Shown one piece after another: positions 47,133 through 55,904 of a DNA stretch of 64,000 bases (its first letter is position 1; every line of letters starts with the position of its first letter). The DNA comes from Escherichia coli (GTDB taxonomy: Bacteria > Pseudomonadota > Gammaproteobacteria > Enterobacterales > Enterobacteriaceae): assembly GCA_022969815.1 (NCBI GenBank), contig GCA_022969815.1_4535.1. The stretch is one strand, 5' to 3'. Below the pieces are notes generated by a model, which was not told the origin of the DNA, searched no databases, and saw only the letters and a list, made by a program, of their open reading frames with translations. A program made the position numbers and the translations under genes.

Positions 47133-48698
47133 TTAATTCGATAAGTTTGCTGCTGATGGATCAAGAGCCGAAACGCTGGTGGATGTACCTGTACCTGCGG
47201 TCGCCATACCGTCTCCAGAACGTGAAGTTTTATCTGGCATGAATGTCTCCATATATTCTACGAATTTATCCTTGTCAGAAACAATGTCGTCTGGTATACG
47301 ATAATCAAAGCCTAACTTCTCTAAGAACTCATTGATAATTTCCGCTGTAAGTGGAATAGCTCCTGCTGCAACAATCTGTTGGATCGCTTTAGCGTTTACT
47401 TCGATATCAGGATCACCCATTTCACCACTAACAAACTTCGGCATATCTTCATCAGAAAGGAAGATATTGTTTAAGCGAAGTGCTTGTGGAATGAGTTGAG
47501 AGTTAATAGCTTCAACAACAATATCTACATCGCGTTCAATGAAGTGTGAGAGCAGGGTCTGTTTATTATCGGACAATGCAAAACTGCCAGCGTCCCCGTC
47601 ACCCATTATCAATACACCCGCACCAAAACGGTTGTAAATATCCAGTTTACGTTGTTTGATCAGTTCTTGCGTATCAAACTGTTTACCAGCCCCTTCTACG
47701 CCCTGGAACACCAGATCGTACTGACGCATAACAGTTCCTTCATAAACGTCTGAAGGTAATACCATGTATGCTTGTTCACCAGAGTGCAGGTTGGCAATAT
47801 TTGCCTGGAGAACTCGTAAGGACTGTGCTTCATCTCCAGCAGGATCAAGAGATGCGCGGTTAAGAATATCGCTCGGTACTTTCAGAACAGGCATACCGCC
47901 CAAATCTTTAGAAACCCCGATAACTTCGAATTCTTGAATTAAAGATTTTTCACGCCAACTACGATAAACAGCCAACAGAGGTGACACACCCAAAGGATTG
48001 TTTTCTGTGATATTGCTACCCACAAAAATAACCTTGTTCATAGGGATTTGACGTACACCCAGTTGCAACTTACTGTTACCTGGAGCCAACATGGTATTAG
48101 TGATGTTCTGGTTTACCGAAATAACGGTGCGACCATCATCAGAATAGGTGAAAGGGTTTGCCATATCCAAAGTATCTTGCGGTCGGAAAGCAAGTTTAGT
48201 GAGGCGGTAATAGCCATAGTATGGACTCTTCGGATCTTCGTCAAGTTCAAACACCTTTTCAGCAAATGCAAAACCGAACTGTTTGTAAGTAAGAAGAGAT
48301 CTCACATACTGACGTAATGGTGCTTGCATGTTGCGTAACATATATTCAATAAACTTTGCAGCTTTTCTTGACTTGGCAGAGTTTACGTTGTATTTTATTT
48401 TAAAGTCGAAAAATGCTCTGTCTACGAAAATGTATGTTGCGTCAAGAGCGGTAGCAACATCTGGGTCTTCACCCATTTCCTTATAAGTACGGATGTTTTC
48501 AGGAAAGCGTGTTTCATACGGTTGCATGAAGTTAGTGAATGCTTTGATTGAGTTCAACCCAATCGTCCCGATTTCAGGAGAGAGAAGTAAACTCTTTTCT
48601 TTCTCTGCCTGTTTTGACGGAGAGAGAGCAGCTTTGTTCACTGCACTTTGTTTCCAGTAATCCGACTTCTTAGTGTACTGTCTTTTTTCTGTTGACAC
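47133..48698 (-). CDS. portal protein
   Basis: 521 aa, directly downstream of the large terminase. Confidence 0.65.
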   Translation of the reverse strand: MSTEKRQYTKKSDYWKQSAVNKAALSPSKQAEKEKSLLLSPEIGTIGLNSIKAFTNFMQPYETRFPENIRTYKEMGEDPDVATALDATYIFVDRAFFDFKIKYNVNSAKSRKAAKFIEYMLRNMQAPLRQYVRSLLTYKQFGFAFAEKVFELDEDPKSPYYGYYRLTKLAFRPQDTLDMANPFTYSDDGRTVISVNQNITNTMLAPGNSKLQLGVRQIPMNKVIFVGSNITENNPLGVSPLLAVYRSWREKSLIQEFEVIGVSKDLGGMPVLKVPSDILNRASLDPAGDEAQSLRVLQANIANLHSGEQAYMVLPSDVYEGTVMRQYDLVFQGVEGAGKQFDTQELIKQRKLDIYNRFGAGVLIMGDGDAGSFALSDNKQTLLSHFIERDVDIVVEAINSQLIPQALRLNNIFLSDEDMPKFVSGEMGDPDIEVNAKAIQQIVAAGAIPLTAEIINEFLEKLGFDYRIPDDIVSDKDKFVEYMETFMPDKTSRSGDGMATAGTGTSTSVSALDPSAANLSN

Positions 48699-48769
48699 TT
48701 TCTTCCTCCGGCACTGTGCTTAAAGATCAATAGGGCAAGGGTTAAATAAATTAACCCGCCCATAAAGTC

Positions 48770-48798
48770 ATTGTACACTTTAAAGTAACTTTTGTCAA
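48770..48798 (-). promoter_or_regulatory. sigma70-like promoter upstream of the portal gene (minus strand)
   Basis: minus-strand TTGACA (plus 48793-48798), 17-nt spacer, TACAAT (plus 48770-48775). Confidence 0.55.
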
Positions 48799-48801
48799 CA
48801 A

Positions 48802-50880
48802 TTATCTTCGACGAGGGGCACTTACCGTAGTGAAATGCCTTGAGTTCATGTTACTGTACCCAGTAGGTGCATTTGTTGTTGCAGGTATCGCTACAGCCTT
48901 GTGTGCCGTCTCTTTCGCCAGAGTGTTGAAGCAAGATGCTGCGGCATCTGGAAGGTCATCTTTAAGCATTGCTGTAGATCGTTCACCGTTAAAAGATTCC
49001 AATTCTTTATAAAAGTGATTCAAAGTTTCAATGTTAGGAAATGAATCTTCCACGATATAAACAAAGCCGTTCTGACAGGCACTACTGAATGGCATGAAAC
49101 GTTGGAGTTTCTTTTTGTTACCTGGCATTGCGTCCGGTTTAACAACGAAGCCTTCAACAATAAGTTTTTTAGCCGATTCCGTGTATTCGATGAGTCCAGC
49201 ACCAGACGGGTCTTTTGGAAGAACGATCTGAACATCTGGTCCATCAATCTTAGCTTGTTGGAGGATCAGGTTATCCCTGTCACCAGGTAAGCGTCGGAAT
49301 CTTCCGAAAACTTTACTCTTCTCGTCTATAGCATCGTAATCATAATCCCCGAAGATATAAATGTTCCCGTTTAGGTCTTTACCCATCTTAACAGATGCCG
49401 TATAGTCGGGATAACGATAACGTTCACTTGGAACGGATACAGCTTTATCCCATGCACGCATATACTTCATGTTGTTAGGAACATCTTTGTATTCTATCTT
49501 GTGAAGCCATTCACGTTGGAAGAATGATTCCTCTTGAATACGGGCAAACCAACAACCGTCCAGAAGCTGTGCTCGCTTGATCGCTGTCTGCGATTTAAGA
49601 GAAGCCAGGTATTTCGGGTTAAGGCGAATCAGTTCAGGGTTATCAAAGATCGTACCACCGATAAACACAAACGTTTGAGGCTCGATCGTAACAACCTCAC
49701 CAGTGTTTGGGTTCTCCATGAAACAGTTTTCAGGATACTTCTCTTTAAGTTCCTCTGCTGTGTCGGCAAATACAGGCTCATCATTTACAATAATGAAGTA
49801 GGTTTGTTTACCACACATATCTTCACGAGGATAACCACCTTCGTCAAGATAAGGTAACACCCAGTTCAGTACCCAGCTATCCGCATCGGGGTTACAGGTA
49901 CAGAGCATGAAAGATGTTTCTGACTCGGAACGCATACGACCGAGAAGATAAAGCATCTCATACTGGGTGAAATGGGTGAGTTCGTCAAAACCAACCATAC
50001 TGTACTGTGTACCCTGATGGTTAGTCTCGGCTGTAACGTTATCATTTTCCAGATGGTCAAACTTCAAAGTACCGCCGTTAGTGGCCTCGAAGATAATGTC
50101 CATCGTACTTTCTTTTACGTGCGGTTGTAAAGGCAGGTACAGACGTTTAGCTTCTGTAAACAAACCACCTGGCTTACGGTGTGCAGTGGTGTTCTTACGG
50201 AATAAGATACCACCGAACAAAGGATCTTTATAGGCAAACTTAAGAGCTTTTAGCAGTAGCAGACGAGACTTGCCGCTATTGCCAGTAACGAAGCAGTGAT
50301 TGCCCCGTCTAAGGACAATATAGCTACTTGGAGTTTCAAAGCAATATTTTTTATCATCGGATGTAATAACCTCGTGTATTTTTAAATAAGTGTTTTGTTT
50401 GCCTGGGATGTTAAACGGAACGCGCTTACCAAAAGGATCTTCAATGTATCCTTTCAGTGGTGCTCCTGCTTGTTGCAGAGCAATAAGATCTCCCACAGCA
50501 ATCTCAAAATGTTTTTTGGATTTCTTTTTCTTGTAAAAGACGAAACGATGTTCCATACTCAATTCTTGGAACACTCCTGCACCGTTAGTGATTCGGTACA
50601 AGTTATCATCTTTCATATCATATTCTACGAAGTAAGGCGTGACCAATTCTAAGCGTTTTCTCTTAGGATTATACTGATAGATATCTTCTCCGCTGTATTG
50701 GCTTATTTGTTTCCAGCCGTCGCGGGTAAGATACTCTGTTTCAGCAGATACACAACCTGCGGCACCACCATAAATCATAACTTCCGGCATTAGATCCATT
50801 GCCAGCGTCTGTTTACCTGGTTGAGCTTTTACTTCGATATCAGCGCCAGCTAAACTGCCAGCCGCTTTTTTCTTAGCCAC
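48802..50880 (-). CDS. terminase large subunit, containing an in-frame mini-intein in the Walker A motif
   Basis: 692-aa precursor; ...MIYGGAAG / C...159 aa.../ SGKSRLLLLKA, so excision would give GGAAGSGKS; C-terminal nuclease-like region. Confidence 0.7.
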   Translation of the reverse strand: MAKKKAAGSLAGADIEVKAQPGKQTLAMDLMPEVMIYGGAAGCVSAETEYLTRDGWKQISQYSGEDIYQYNPKRKRLELVTPYFVEYDMKDDNLYRITNGAGVFQELSMEHRFVFYKKKKSKKHFEIAVGDLIALQQAGAPLKGYIEDPFGKRVPFNIPGKQNTYLKIHEVITSDDKKYCFETPSSYIVLRRGNHCFVTGNSGKSRLLLLKALKFAYKDPLFGGILFRKNTTAHRKPGGLFTEAKRLYLPLQPHVKESTMDIIFEATNGGTLKFDHLENDNVTAETNHQGTQYSMVGFDELTHFTQYEMLYLLGRMRSESETSFMLCTCNPDADSWVLNWVLPYLDEGGYPREDMCGKQTYFIIVNDEPVFADTAEELKEKYPENCFMENPNTGEVVTIEPQTFVFIGGTIFDNPELIRLNPKYLASLKSQTAIKRAQLLDGCWFARIQEESFFQREWLHKIEYKDVPNNMKYMRAWDKAVSVPSERYRYPDYTASVKMGKDLNGNIYIFGDYDYDAIDEKSKVFGRFRRLPGDRDNLILQQAKIDGPDVQIVLPKDPSGAGLIEYTESAKKLIVEGFVVKPDAMPGNKKKLQRFMPFSSACQNGFVYIVEDSFPNIETLNHFYKELESFNGERSTAMLKDDLPDAAASCFNTLAKETAHKAVAIPATTNAPTGYSNMNSRHFTTVSAPRRR
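50278..50754 (-). other. mini-intein (Hint domain, no endonuclease domain) within the terminase; about 159 aa, boundaries inferred
   Basis: Starts with Cys (CVSAETEYLTRDGW), ends ...NHCFVTGN followed by Ser; excision restores a canonical P-loop. Confidence 0.5.
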
Positions 50881-50889
50881 TTCTCCTCC

Positions 50890-51231
50890 TTACTTACTGA
50901 TAATCCCTTTCTCTTGCAGAGCCTTAATGTAGTTTTGTAAACCGATCACTTTGTTTCGGTCTTGACTCCAGAGAACATTATTTGTGGTCCCGTTATCAAC
51001 TACTTCAGAACGAGAAACACCTTTAGCAATTTGTTGATCTGTGTACGGTACAGGTTCACTTACACCTTCCATTAAAGAAGAGTCTGGTCCTCTGACTTCC
51101 TGCACTGCTACAGCTTTACATTCGTCAATTAGAATCGGGGAGGCTTTTGTTGAGGATGTGCAACCCGTCATCATTAGGGCCGAAGCAAGACATAGACCCA
51201 GTAGTAGTTTTTGCATAATTTGTTTTCTCAT
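50890..51231 (-). CDS. outer-membrane lipoprotein, o-spanin candidate (Rz1-like)
   Basis: Signal peptide with lipobox-like LMMTGC; start lies inside the upstream gene in a different frame. Confidence 0.4.
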   Translation of the reverse strand: MRKQIMQKLLLGLCLASALMMTGCTSSTKASPILIDECKAVAVQEVRGPDSSLMEGVSEPVPYTDQQIAKGVSRSEVVDNGTTNNVLWSQDRNKVIGLQNYIKALQEKGIISK

Positions 51232-51532
51232 CGTTTACCTTCTTCTCCTTGTTTGCTAAATCTTTTTTCAATTTAGCATTCTTTTCGGAGAGGGAAGCTA
51301 TTTGGTTGTTAAGTGCCAGACGTTCATCATCGGCTTTCTTTTGAAGAACATCGAAGTCTTGTTTAGCTTTTGCTTGTTGTTGCTGATAGATAGTTACTTG
51401 ATGTTGTTCTCCTGCTGCGTAACCATTATCATACAGAGCCTTTCCGCCGAAGTACAAACCAGCTAAAAGTGCAACTAACAGAAGAATAACGTAAAACCAC
51501 TTACTCTTCAGAATCATTGTTATCAGTGTCAT
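51125..51532 (-). CDS. i-spanin candidate (Rz-like): N-terminal transmembrane segment plus coiled coil
   Basis: FYVILLLVALLAGLYFGG transmembrane segment then coiled coil; 107-nt overlap with the lipoprotein ORF. Confidence 0.45.
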   Translation of the reverse strand: MTLITMILKSKWFYVILLLVALLAGLYFGGKALYDNGYAAGEQHQVTIYQQQQAKAKQDFDVLQKKADDERLALNNQIASLSEKNAKLKKDLANKEKKVNDEKTNYAKTTTGSMSCFGPNDDGLHILNKSLPDSN

Positions 51533-51564
51533 CTTTAAATCTCACTTTAGGTAAGGATGGAGAG

Positions 51565-51738
51565 TTATTCACTACCTTCTTCACTTCCATCGGTTTGGCT
51601 TCCGCAAGAATCTCTTCCCACGTCTTCTCGATCATCATCTAATTCGTCCTCAAGATCCCATTGACGGGAGTAATCATTTTTCCTGTCACGATGGACAGAA
51701 GCTTTGTTAAAATCATTCTTAACTACAAAGTTGCGCAT
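51565..51738 (-). CDS. hypothetical small acidic protein (57 aa, below ORF-track cutoff)
   Basis: Strong RBS (minus-strand GAGGAGG) 7 nt before ATG at plus 51738; fills a gap. Confidence 0.4.
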   Translation of the reverse strand: MRNFVVKNDFNKASVHRDRKNDYSRQWDLEDELDDDREDVGRDSCGSQTDGSEEGSE

Positions 51739-51799
51739 ATTTTATCCTCCTCAATATTGATCTTATCACAAAACATATACACAATGCAAGCCCTAAAAA

Positions 51800-51836
51800 G
51801 AAAAAAGCCCCTAACCTTTCGGAAAGGGGTTGTTAA
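51800..51836 (-). terminator. terminator-like hairpin
   Basis: minus-strand CCCCTTTCCGAAAGGTTAGGGGCTTTTTTCTTTTT. Confidence 0.5.
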
Positions 51837-51879
51837 AATAACAAGGAGGAGAGGGCAAAGTGCCCCAAGAGAGGAGAGG

Positions 51880-52170
51880 TTAAATTACAATTTTCTTAGG
51901 CTGTTCTTCCACAACGGTAGGAGTTTCTTCCTCCATTGCTTCATAATGTTCTTCCAACCAGTCTTCTACTTGCTCTTTAATGGCTTTCGCTGCTTGGAAT
52001 CGGAGAGGTTTTGCTGCTTCGTTATCATACACAAGTTCAACGATGTATTTCATTGCTGCGAGATAGTTCTCGGCAAACAATTCCTTCACTGTTGCTTGTG
52101 CTGCATCCATAGCATAAATTTGTTGCATTTCTGCTGTAGGTCGTCCACGACCACGTTTGAGTTTAGGCAT
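51880..52170 (-). CDS. small DNA-binding protein with AT-hook-like N-terminus (small terminase candidate, speculative)
   Basis: N-terminal KRGRGRPT; 96 aa; upstream of the terminase region. Confidence 0.35.
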   Translation of the reverse strand: MPKLKRGRGRPTAEMQQIYAMDAAQATVKELFAENYLAAMKYIVELVYDNEAAKPLRFQAAKAIKEQVEDWLEEHYEAMEEETPTVVEEQPKKIVI

Positions 52171-52228
52171 ATACAGTCCTCCTACATTTTATCCTATCAT
52201 ATAAAAAGGATGGTGTCAAGGTTTATAA

Positions 52229-53065
52229 TTAAGACAGTACAGAAGTAGGGGCTTCTAACCAAGTAAGGGAGATAACCACCCTGTTTGCATTTCCAGATGT
52301 GTTTATCAGTTCCATCCTAAAAGATCCACCTGCTGGTATTATCCTGTAACCAGAAGATACTGAACTAACTCCTGTTGCCCTGTTGTTCGGATTTGCACCA
52401 GAGGCTGGGATAAATGCAGGTATGAAGTACACAGTACCCACCGTAGGGTTTCCAGTTAAGGATCGAAATTGCGCAGCGGAGTTTGTTCCATATTTTAAGT
52501 TAACGTTCCTGTTAGCGTAAGAAGTACCGACTACACCTCCCGTAGAACCTGTGATAATTTTAGCTTCAAAACCTGTATAGAAAGGAGCAAAACTCCAATC
52601 TATAAAAGCACATTCTTTATCTGTAGGAGCCATAAACTCAAACCACTGTGTCACTCCTGATGGTAAACTAACATCTACCGTAAGTTGAAAAAGTCTACCT
52701 TCTATACTTGCAGCTTCTACTTGTGTCAATGTTTGTGTGAGGACTCTTGGATCTGACAAACCTGCAATTTTACGCATCGCGGCTTTTATATCAGTGTTTT
52801 CTGCCCTACGTATCGAAATCTTACCTGGTGCTGTACCCTCTGCTATTACAGAAGCAACGCCCCAGTTAGGCTGGATGAAAAAATCTTCATTAGGTTGTAA
52901 TAAGATGCAGTTTTTAACTTCAGACAGTGTTTCATTGTTTAAAGCTAAACGTATACCGACAGAGGATACGTTCTCTATGACATGTGCATATTTAGGATCT
53001 ACTTGAACTATGTCGAAAATGTTAGTCCATGCATTCGTCCCTATACCAGGTGCAATTATTTTCAT
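52229..53065 (-). CDS. hypothetical protein (start moved to the internal ATG with RBS)
   Basis: Minus-strand GGAG 8 nt before ATG at plus 53065; the track's 53125 start would overlap the terminator hairpin at 53075-53106. Confidence 0.5.
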   Translation of the reverse strand: MKIIAPGIGTNAWTNIFDIVQVDPKYAHVIENVSSVGIRLALNNETLSEVKNCILLQPNEDFFIQPNWGVASVIAEGTAPGKISIRRAENTDIKAAMRKIAGLSDPRVLTQTLTQVEAASIEGRLFQLTVDVSLPSGVTQWFEFMAPTDKECAFIDWSFAPFYTGFEAKIITGSTGGVVGTSYANRNVNLKYGTNSAAQFRSLTGNPTVGTVYFIPAFIPASGANPNNRATGVSSVSSGYRIIPAGGSFRMELINTSGNANRVVISLTWLEAPTSVLS

Positions 53066-53074
53066 TGGTATCTC

Positions 53075-53106
53075 CAAAATAAAAAGCCTCCACGAGGGAG
53101 GCTTGG
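53075..53106 (-). terminator. terminator hairpin (minus strand)
   Basis: minus-strand AGCCTCCCTCGTGGAGGCT followed by TTTTATTTT. Confidence 0.55.
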
Positions 53107-53185
53107 AATATGTTAGGGCTAACATGTGTCCCTAATGCTATTTTAACATTTTGGTATAAAAATGTCTTTAGGATAATTCTTAGAA

Positions 53186-53455
53186 TTAAGGTCGGTTAAT
53201 TACCTTAACAGTTTGTCCTTTGTCGTTCATCAGATAGGCTGATTCAGTTTTGTGAACAAAGATAACACGTTCACCTGCGATAACAGAGGCTACCACGCCA
53301 TCTGGTCGATCATAACCTTCCCAATGATACTGAATAATTACGTCATCCTCTAAGCAGTAAAAGAATTCTTCTTCATTTACATTGAAAGGGACGGTATTGT
53401 AAATCTTTACTTCATCTTCTTTAGAAAATTTACGGATTGTTTTTAACGTATACAT
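53186..53455 (-). CDS. hypothetical protein (start moved so as not to overlap tRNA genes)
   Basis: Track ORF 53186..53683 runs through two tRNA genes; internal ATG at plus 53455 has an AGGA RBS. Confidence 0.45.
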   Translation of the reverse strand: MYTLKTIRKFSKEDEVKIYNTVPFNVNEEEFFYCLEDDVIIQYHWEGYDRPDGVVASVIAGERVIFVHKTESAYLMNDKGQTVKVINRP

Positions 53456-53575
53456 GATTTGTCCTATTAAGTATTTAGTGTTTAGTGGGTTGTGCGTTTT
53501 AGGAGTCGCACCCCTCCCTCTTAGAAGGAACCAGGCAAGGTCTTCAAAGATACCGCTGGCGCGATATTTGGAGGC

Positions 53576-53654
53576 GGGAATCGGATTCGAACCGATGATC
53601 TCCAGCATATGAAACTGGCGAGGACGACCAAACTCCTCTATCCCGCTATTAGGT
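53576..53654 (-). tRNA. tRNA-Met (anticodon CAU), CCA encoded; A1/C72 mismatch suggests initiator or Ile2 identity
   Basis: Hand-folded cloverleaf: D-stem GAGG/CCTC, anticodon stem CCAGT/GCTGG, loop TTCATAT, T-arm ATCGG-TTCGAAT-CCGAT. Confidence 0.7.
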
Positions 53655-53660
53655 GTCCCG

Positions 53661-53729
53661 TGCTGGATTCGAACCAGCATCACAATAGTTGTGGATCTCT
53701 TATCCTGTAAGTCTAACGGGAAACTGGTT
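53661..53729 (-). tRNA. tRNA-like element, non-canonical (possible pseudo-tRNA)
   Basis: Intact T-arm (GCTGG-TTCGAAT-CCAGC) and 6/7 acceptor pairing, but I could not fold a canonical D-arm or a 5-7-5 anticodon arm; no encoded CCA. Confidence 0.35.
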
Positions 53730-53731
53730 GT

Positions 53732-53805
53732 TTCGACAAGAATCGAACTTGTATCTCACGATTATCAGTCGTGGGTTCTACCATTGAACTACGAAACATT
53801 TAATT
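53732..53805 (-). tRNA. tRNA-Ile (anticodon GAU), CCA encoded
   Basis: Acceptor TGTTTCG/CGAAACA, D-arm GTTC-AATGGTA-GAAC, anticodon arm CACGA-CTGATAA-TCGTG, T-loop TTCGATT. Confidence 0.75.
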
Positions 53806-53821
53806 GGTAGGAATTGCAGGA

Positions 53822-54163
53822 TTACCAAGTAACATCATGCCCTGAATGGAAAGCGCAATGACAGTTCTTACAGAGTAAGACGCAATTCTCTATCTCTTTG
53901 TCTATTCTTGCAAGTGACCAGCCACGCATAGATCCGTAGTTCTTATCTTTTATTGCTGGGTCAAGATGGTGAATATCCAAAGATTCTTCATACTGATTAA
54001 ATCCGCAAGCGGCGCACTTACCTCCTAACTTATCACGAGCATATTTTTTCTTATGTTGTCCAAGTTCTGTCGTATACTTATTATGACAGGCTCCACAAAT
54101 AGATTTCTTATGTCCGTAGAATTTCGTAGGATCTTCTTCGCCACAATGACTGCATTTACACAT
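53822..54163 (-). CDS. HNH homing endonuclease inserted in the tRNA cluster
   Basis: Cys-rich with HHLDP ... N ... LLCKNCH (HNH-type motif); sits between tRNA genes. Confidence 0.65.
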   Translation of the reverse strand: MCKCSHCGEEDPTKFYGHKKSICGACHNKYTTELGQHKKKYARDKLGGKCAACGFNQYEESLDIHHLDPAIKDKNYGSMRGWSLARIDKEIENCVLLCKNCHCAFHSGHDVTW

Positions 54164-54184
54164 ACAAAAAATCTCTTTACAAAT

Positions 54185-54260
54185 TGGTCAGCCTAAGAAG
54201 ACTTGAACTTCTAACCTCACCGCCCCAAACGGCGCACTCTTCCAATTGAGCTATAGGCTG
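54185..54260 (-). tRNA. tRNA-Pro (anticodon UGG), CCA encoded
   Basis: Acceptor CAGCCTA/TAGGCTG, anticodon arm CGCCG-TTTGGGG-CGGTG, T-loop TTCAAGT. Confidence 0.75.
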
Positions 54261-54460
54261 TTAATAAAAAATCTCACGTCTTATACAAGCTAACCTTTTG
54301 CCTGATGCATGAAATTTAAATACATTCTAAAGGTACACCGTAAAAGATTGTCGGGGCGATACTTCAAAAACATACCGATCCGTAGATCGATAATCAGACA
54401 AACTTCGACGGCTCCTCGTTTTTAACTTCACACTTAAGGTAGTGACTCACCTTTGTTATA

Positions 54461-54536
54461 TGGCTGGTCTGTCTGGATTTGAACCAAACCTACGACAGTC
54501 AAAGTGTCGTGTGCTACCGGACTACAATACAAACCA
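54461..54536 (-). tRNA. tRNA-Gln (anticodon UUG), CCA encoded
   Basis: Acceptor TGGTTTG/CAGACCA, anticodon arm CGACA-CTTTGAC-TGTCG, T-loop TTCAAAT; D-stem looks to be 3 bp. Confidence 0.65.
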
Positions 54537-54626
54537 TTTAATGAAGGGCAACCAGAAGAGGTGTGAGAGAAGGAGAAAACCATGAGTAAAAGAGAAAGTT
54601 TTCTGGCAACCCTTTATTAAATAATT

Positions 54627-54700
54627 TGGAGCGTTCTACGAGTTTCGAACTCGTGCCGCCGACTTGGAAGGACGGAATGCTACCGCTACACCAAGAACGC
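54627..54700 (-). tRNA. tRNA-Gly (anticodon UCC), CCA encoded
   Basis: Acceptor GCGTTCT/AGAACGC, anticodon loop CTTCCAA, T-loop TTCGAAA; one U-U mismatch in the anticodon stem. Confidence 0.65.
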
Positions 54701-55268
54701 CCTACATCTTTACTATACTACATTTTACTATCAGTTGTCAATAGTTTTATTGGGCGGGACAGTGACGAGTATCCCATTGGGTGACTAACCCTACGTTCGG
54801 TTGTGATTAATCTCCTGGGTGTCGCTTGCAACACTGGAAAACTCTCACGTCGATGGGAGAATCCGCTTCTTCTTTACCCCATCCAACCCTACTCCGGTCA
54901 AGTTTCAGGTGACTCTTTTTGTGATCAACACAATACTAAGAACACTGTCTTTCGAGCAGACCTTGTGCACAGGATACGACGATCAATCACAGTGCTCTTA
55001 ATGTTGTGCCACAATAATAAGAACATTCAAACGATGACCACTTTTAGTGGAGAGATTTACAAAATGCTCTTAATGTTGTGTTGTGAATACTAACCTCGGA
55101 ACTCATTACCGCGCTTTGGCTCGACCTTATTACAGGTTAGTGAATGTCTTTCGTCCGATTACATTCAATAAATTTGCTTTCTTCACAACGATAAGAACAC
55201 TTAACAGAAGATAGGTCTGATTGCCTCGGATGATTTCTCAGTAGCCTAAATGTTCTTACCTGTTATGT

Positions 55269-55344
55269 TGGTGCTCCAAGTAGGACTCGAACCTACGACC
55301 TCATGCTTACAAGGCAAGTGCTCTACCAACTGAGCTATTGAAGC
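55269..55344 (-). tRNA. tRNA-Thr (anticodon UGU), CCA encoded
   Basis: D-arm GCTC-AGTTGGTA-GAGC, anticodon loop CTTGTAA, T-arm GTAGG-TTCGAGT-CCTAC. Confidence 0.7.
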
Positions 55345-55696
55345 GTATTGCGCCCCTTCAGCCATGCTTGATGTTGACCAGAACACAGTTAAACTGTGGG
55401 AGGAGGAACACCGCAGGGGGCTTCAGTTGGACGACTTACAGGGAGCGACCCTGTTTCTTTTCTGGGACTCGGCAGGATTCGATACCTGCAATTCCAGAAG
55501 CCTCTTGGCAACTGAGGGTTTACCTTAACCCTACAAGTCCATAATTCTTAAATACTTTGGAGCCTTACTGATAAACCGTTAGTTTGTAACATAGCGTATT
55601 TCCATTCTGGGGCACCGCCTGTGAATGTAATTCCAATACAAACTTTCTCAAGATCAAACCAATTATCAAATAACATTACAACCTCCAGTTTGAATT

Positions 55697-55780
55697 TGGT
55701 GTGAGATGATGGATTCGAACCACCGCGCCTTTCAGAAGGGATTTACAGTCCCCCGCAATCGACCACTCTGCCAATCTCAC
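55697..55780 (-). tRNA. tRNA-Tyr (anticodon GUA), long variable arm, CCA encoded
   Basis: Acceptor GTGAGAT/ATCTCAC, anticodon arm GGGGA-CTGTAAA-TCCCT, 12-nt variable arm, T-loop TTCGAAT. Confidence 0.7.
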
Positions 55781-55904
55781 AAAATTGTTTTTAAAGTAGC
55801 CAGTATTCGCGGTACTGACTATGCGGTATCGGAGATGGTGAGAGCCATCTGCCGAAAGTTTACTCTGTTAAAGTAAGAAACAACAAGCTACATTAAAAAC
55901 AACT

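Noticed and set aside
51661-52248. 195-aa plus-strand ORF
   Set aside because: Antisense to three well-supported minus-strand genes and a terminator; no RBS; low-complexity, Cys/Phe-rich translation typical of a spurious frame.
53456-53683. N-terminal extension of track ORF 53186..53683
   Set aside because: The extension runs through the tRNA-Met gene and the tRNA-like element; an internal ATG at 53455 with an RBS gives a clean 90-aa gene.
54803-55093. 96-aa plus-strand ORF inside the tRNA cluster
   Set aside because: No RBS, lies in a repeat-rich non-coding gap on the strand opposite to all local transcription; more likely non-coding RNA or regulatory sequence.
55460-55500. Possible extra tRNA around the GCAGG-ATTCGATA-CCTGC hairpin
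   Set aside because: Loop is 8 nt and no acceptor stem partner or CCA could be found on either strand; left as an unexplained hairpin.
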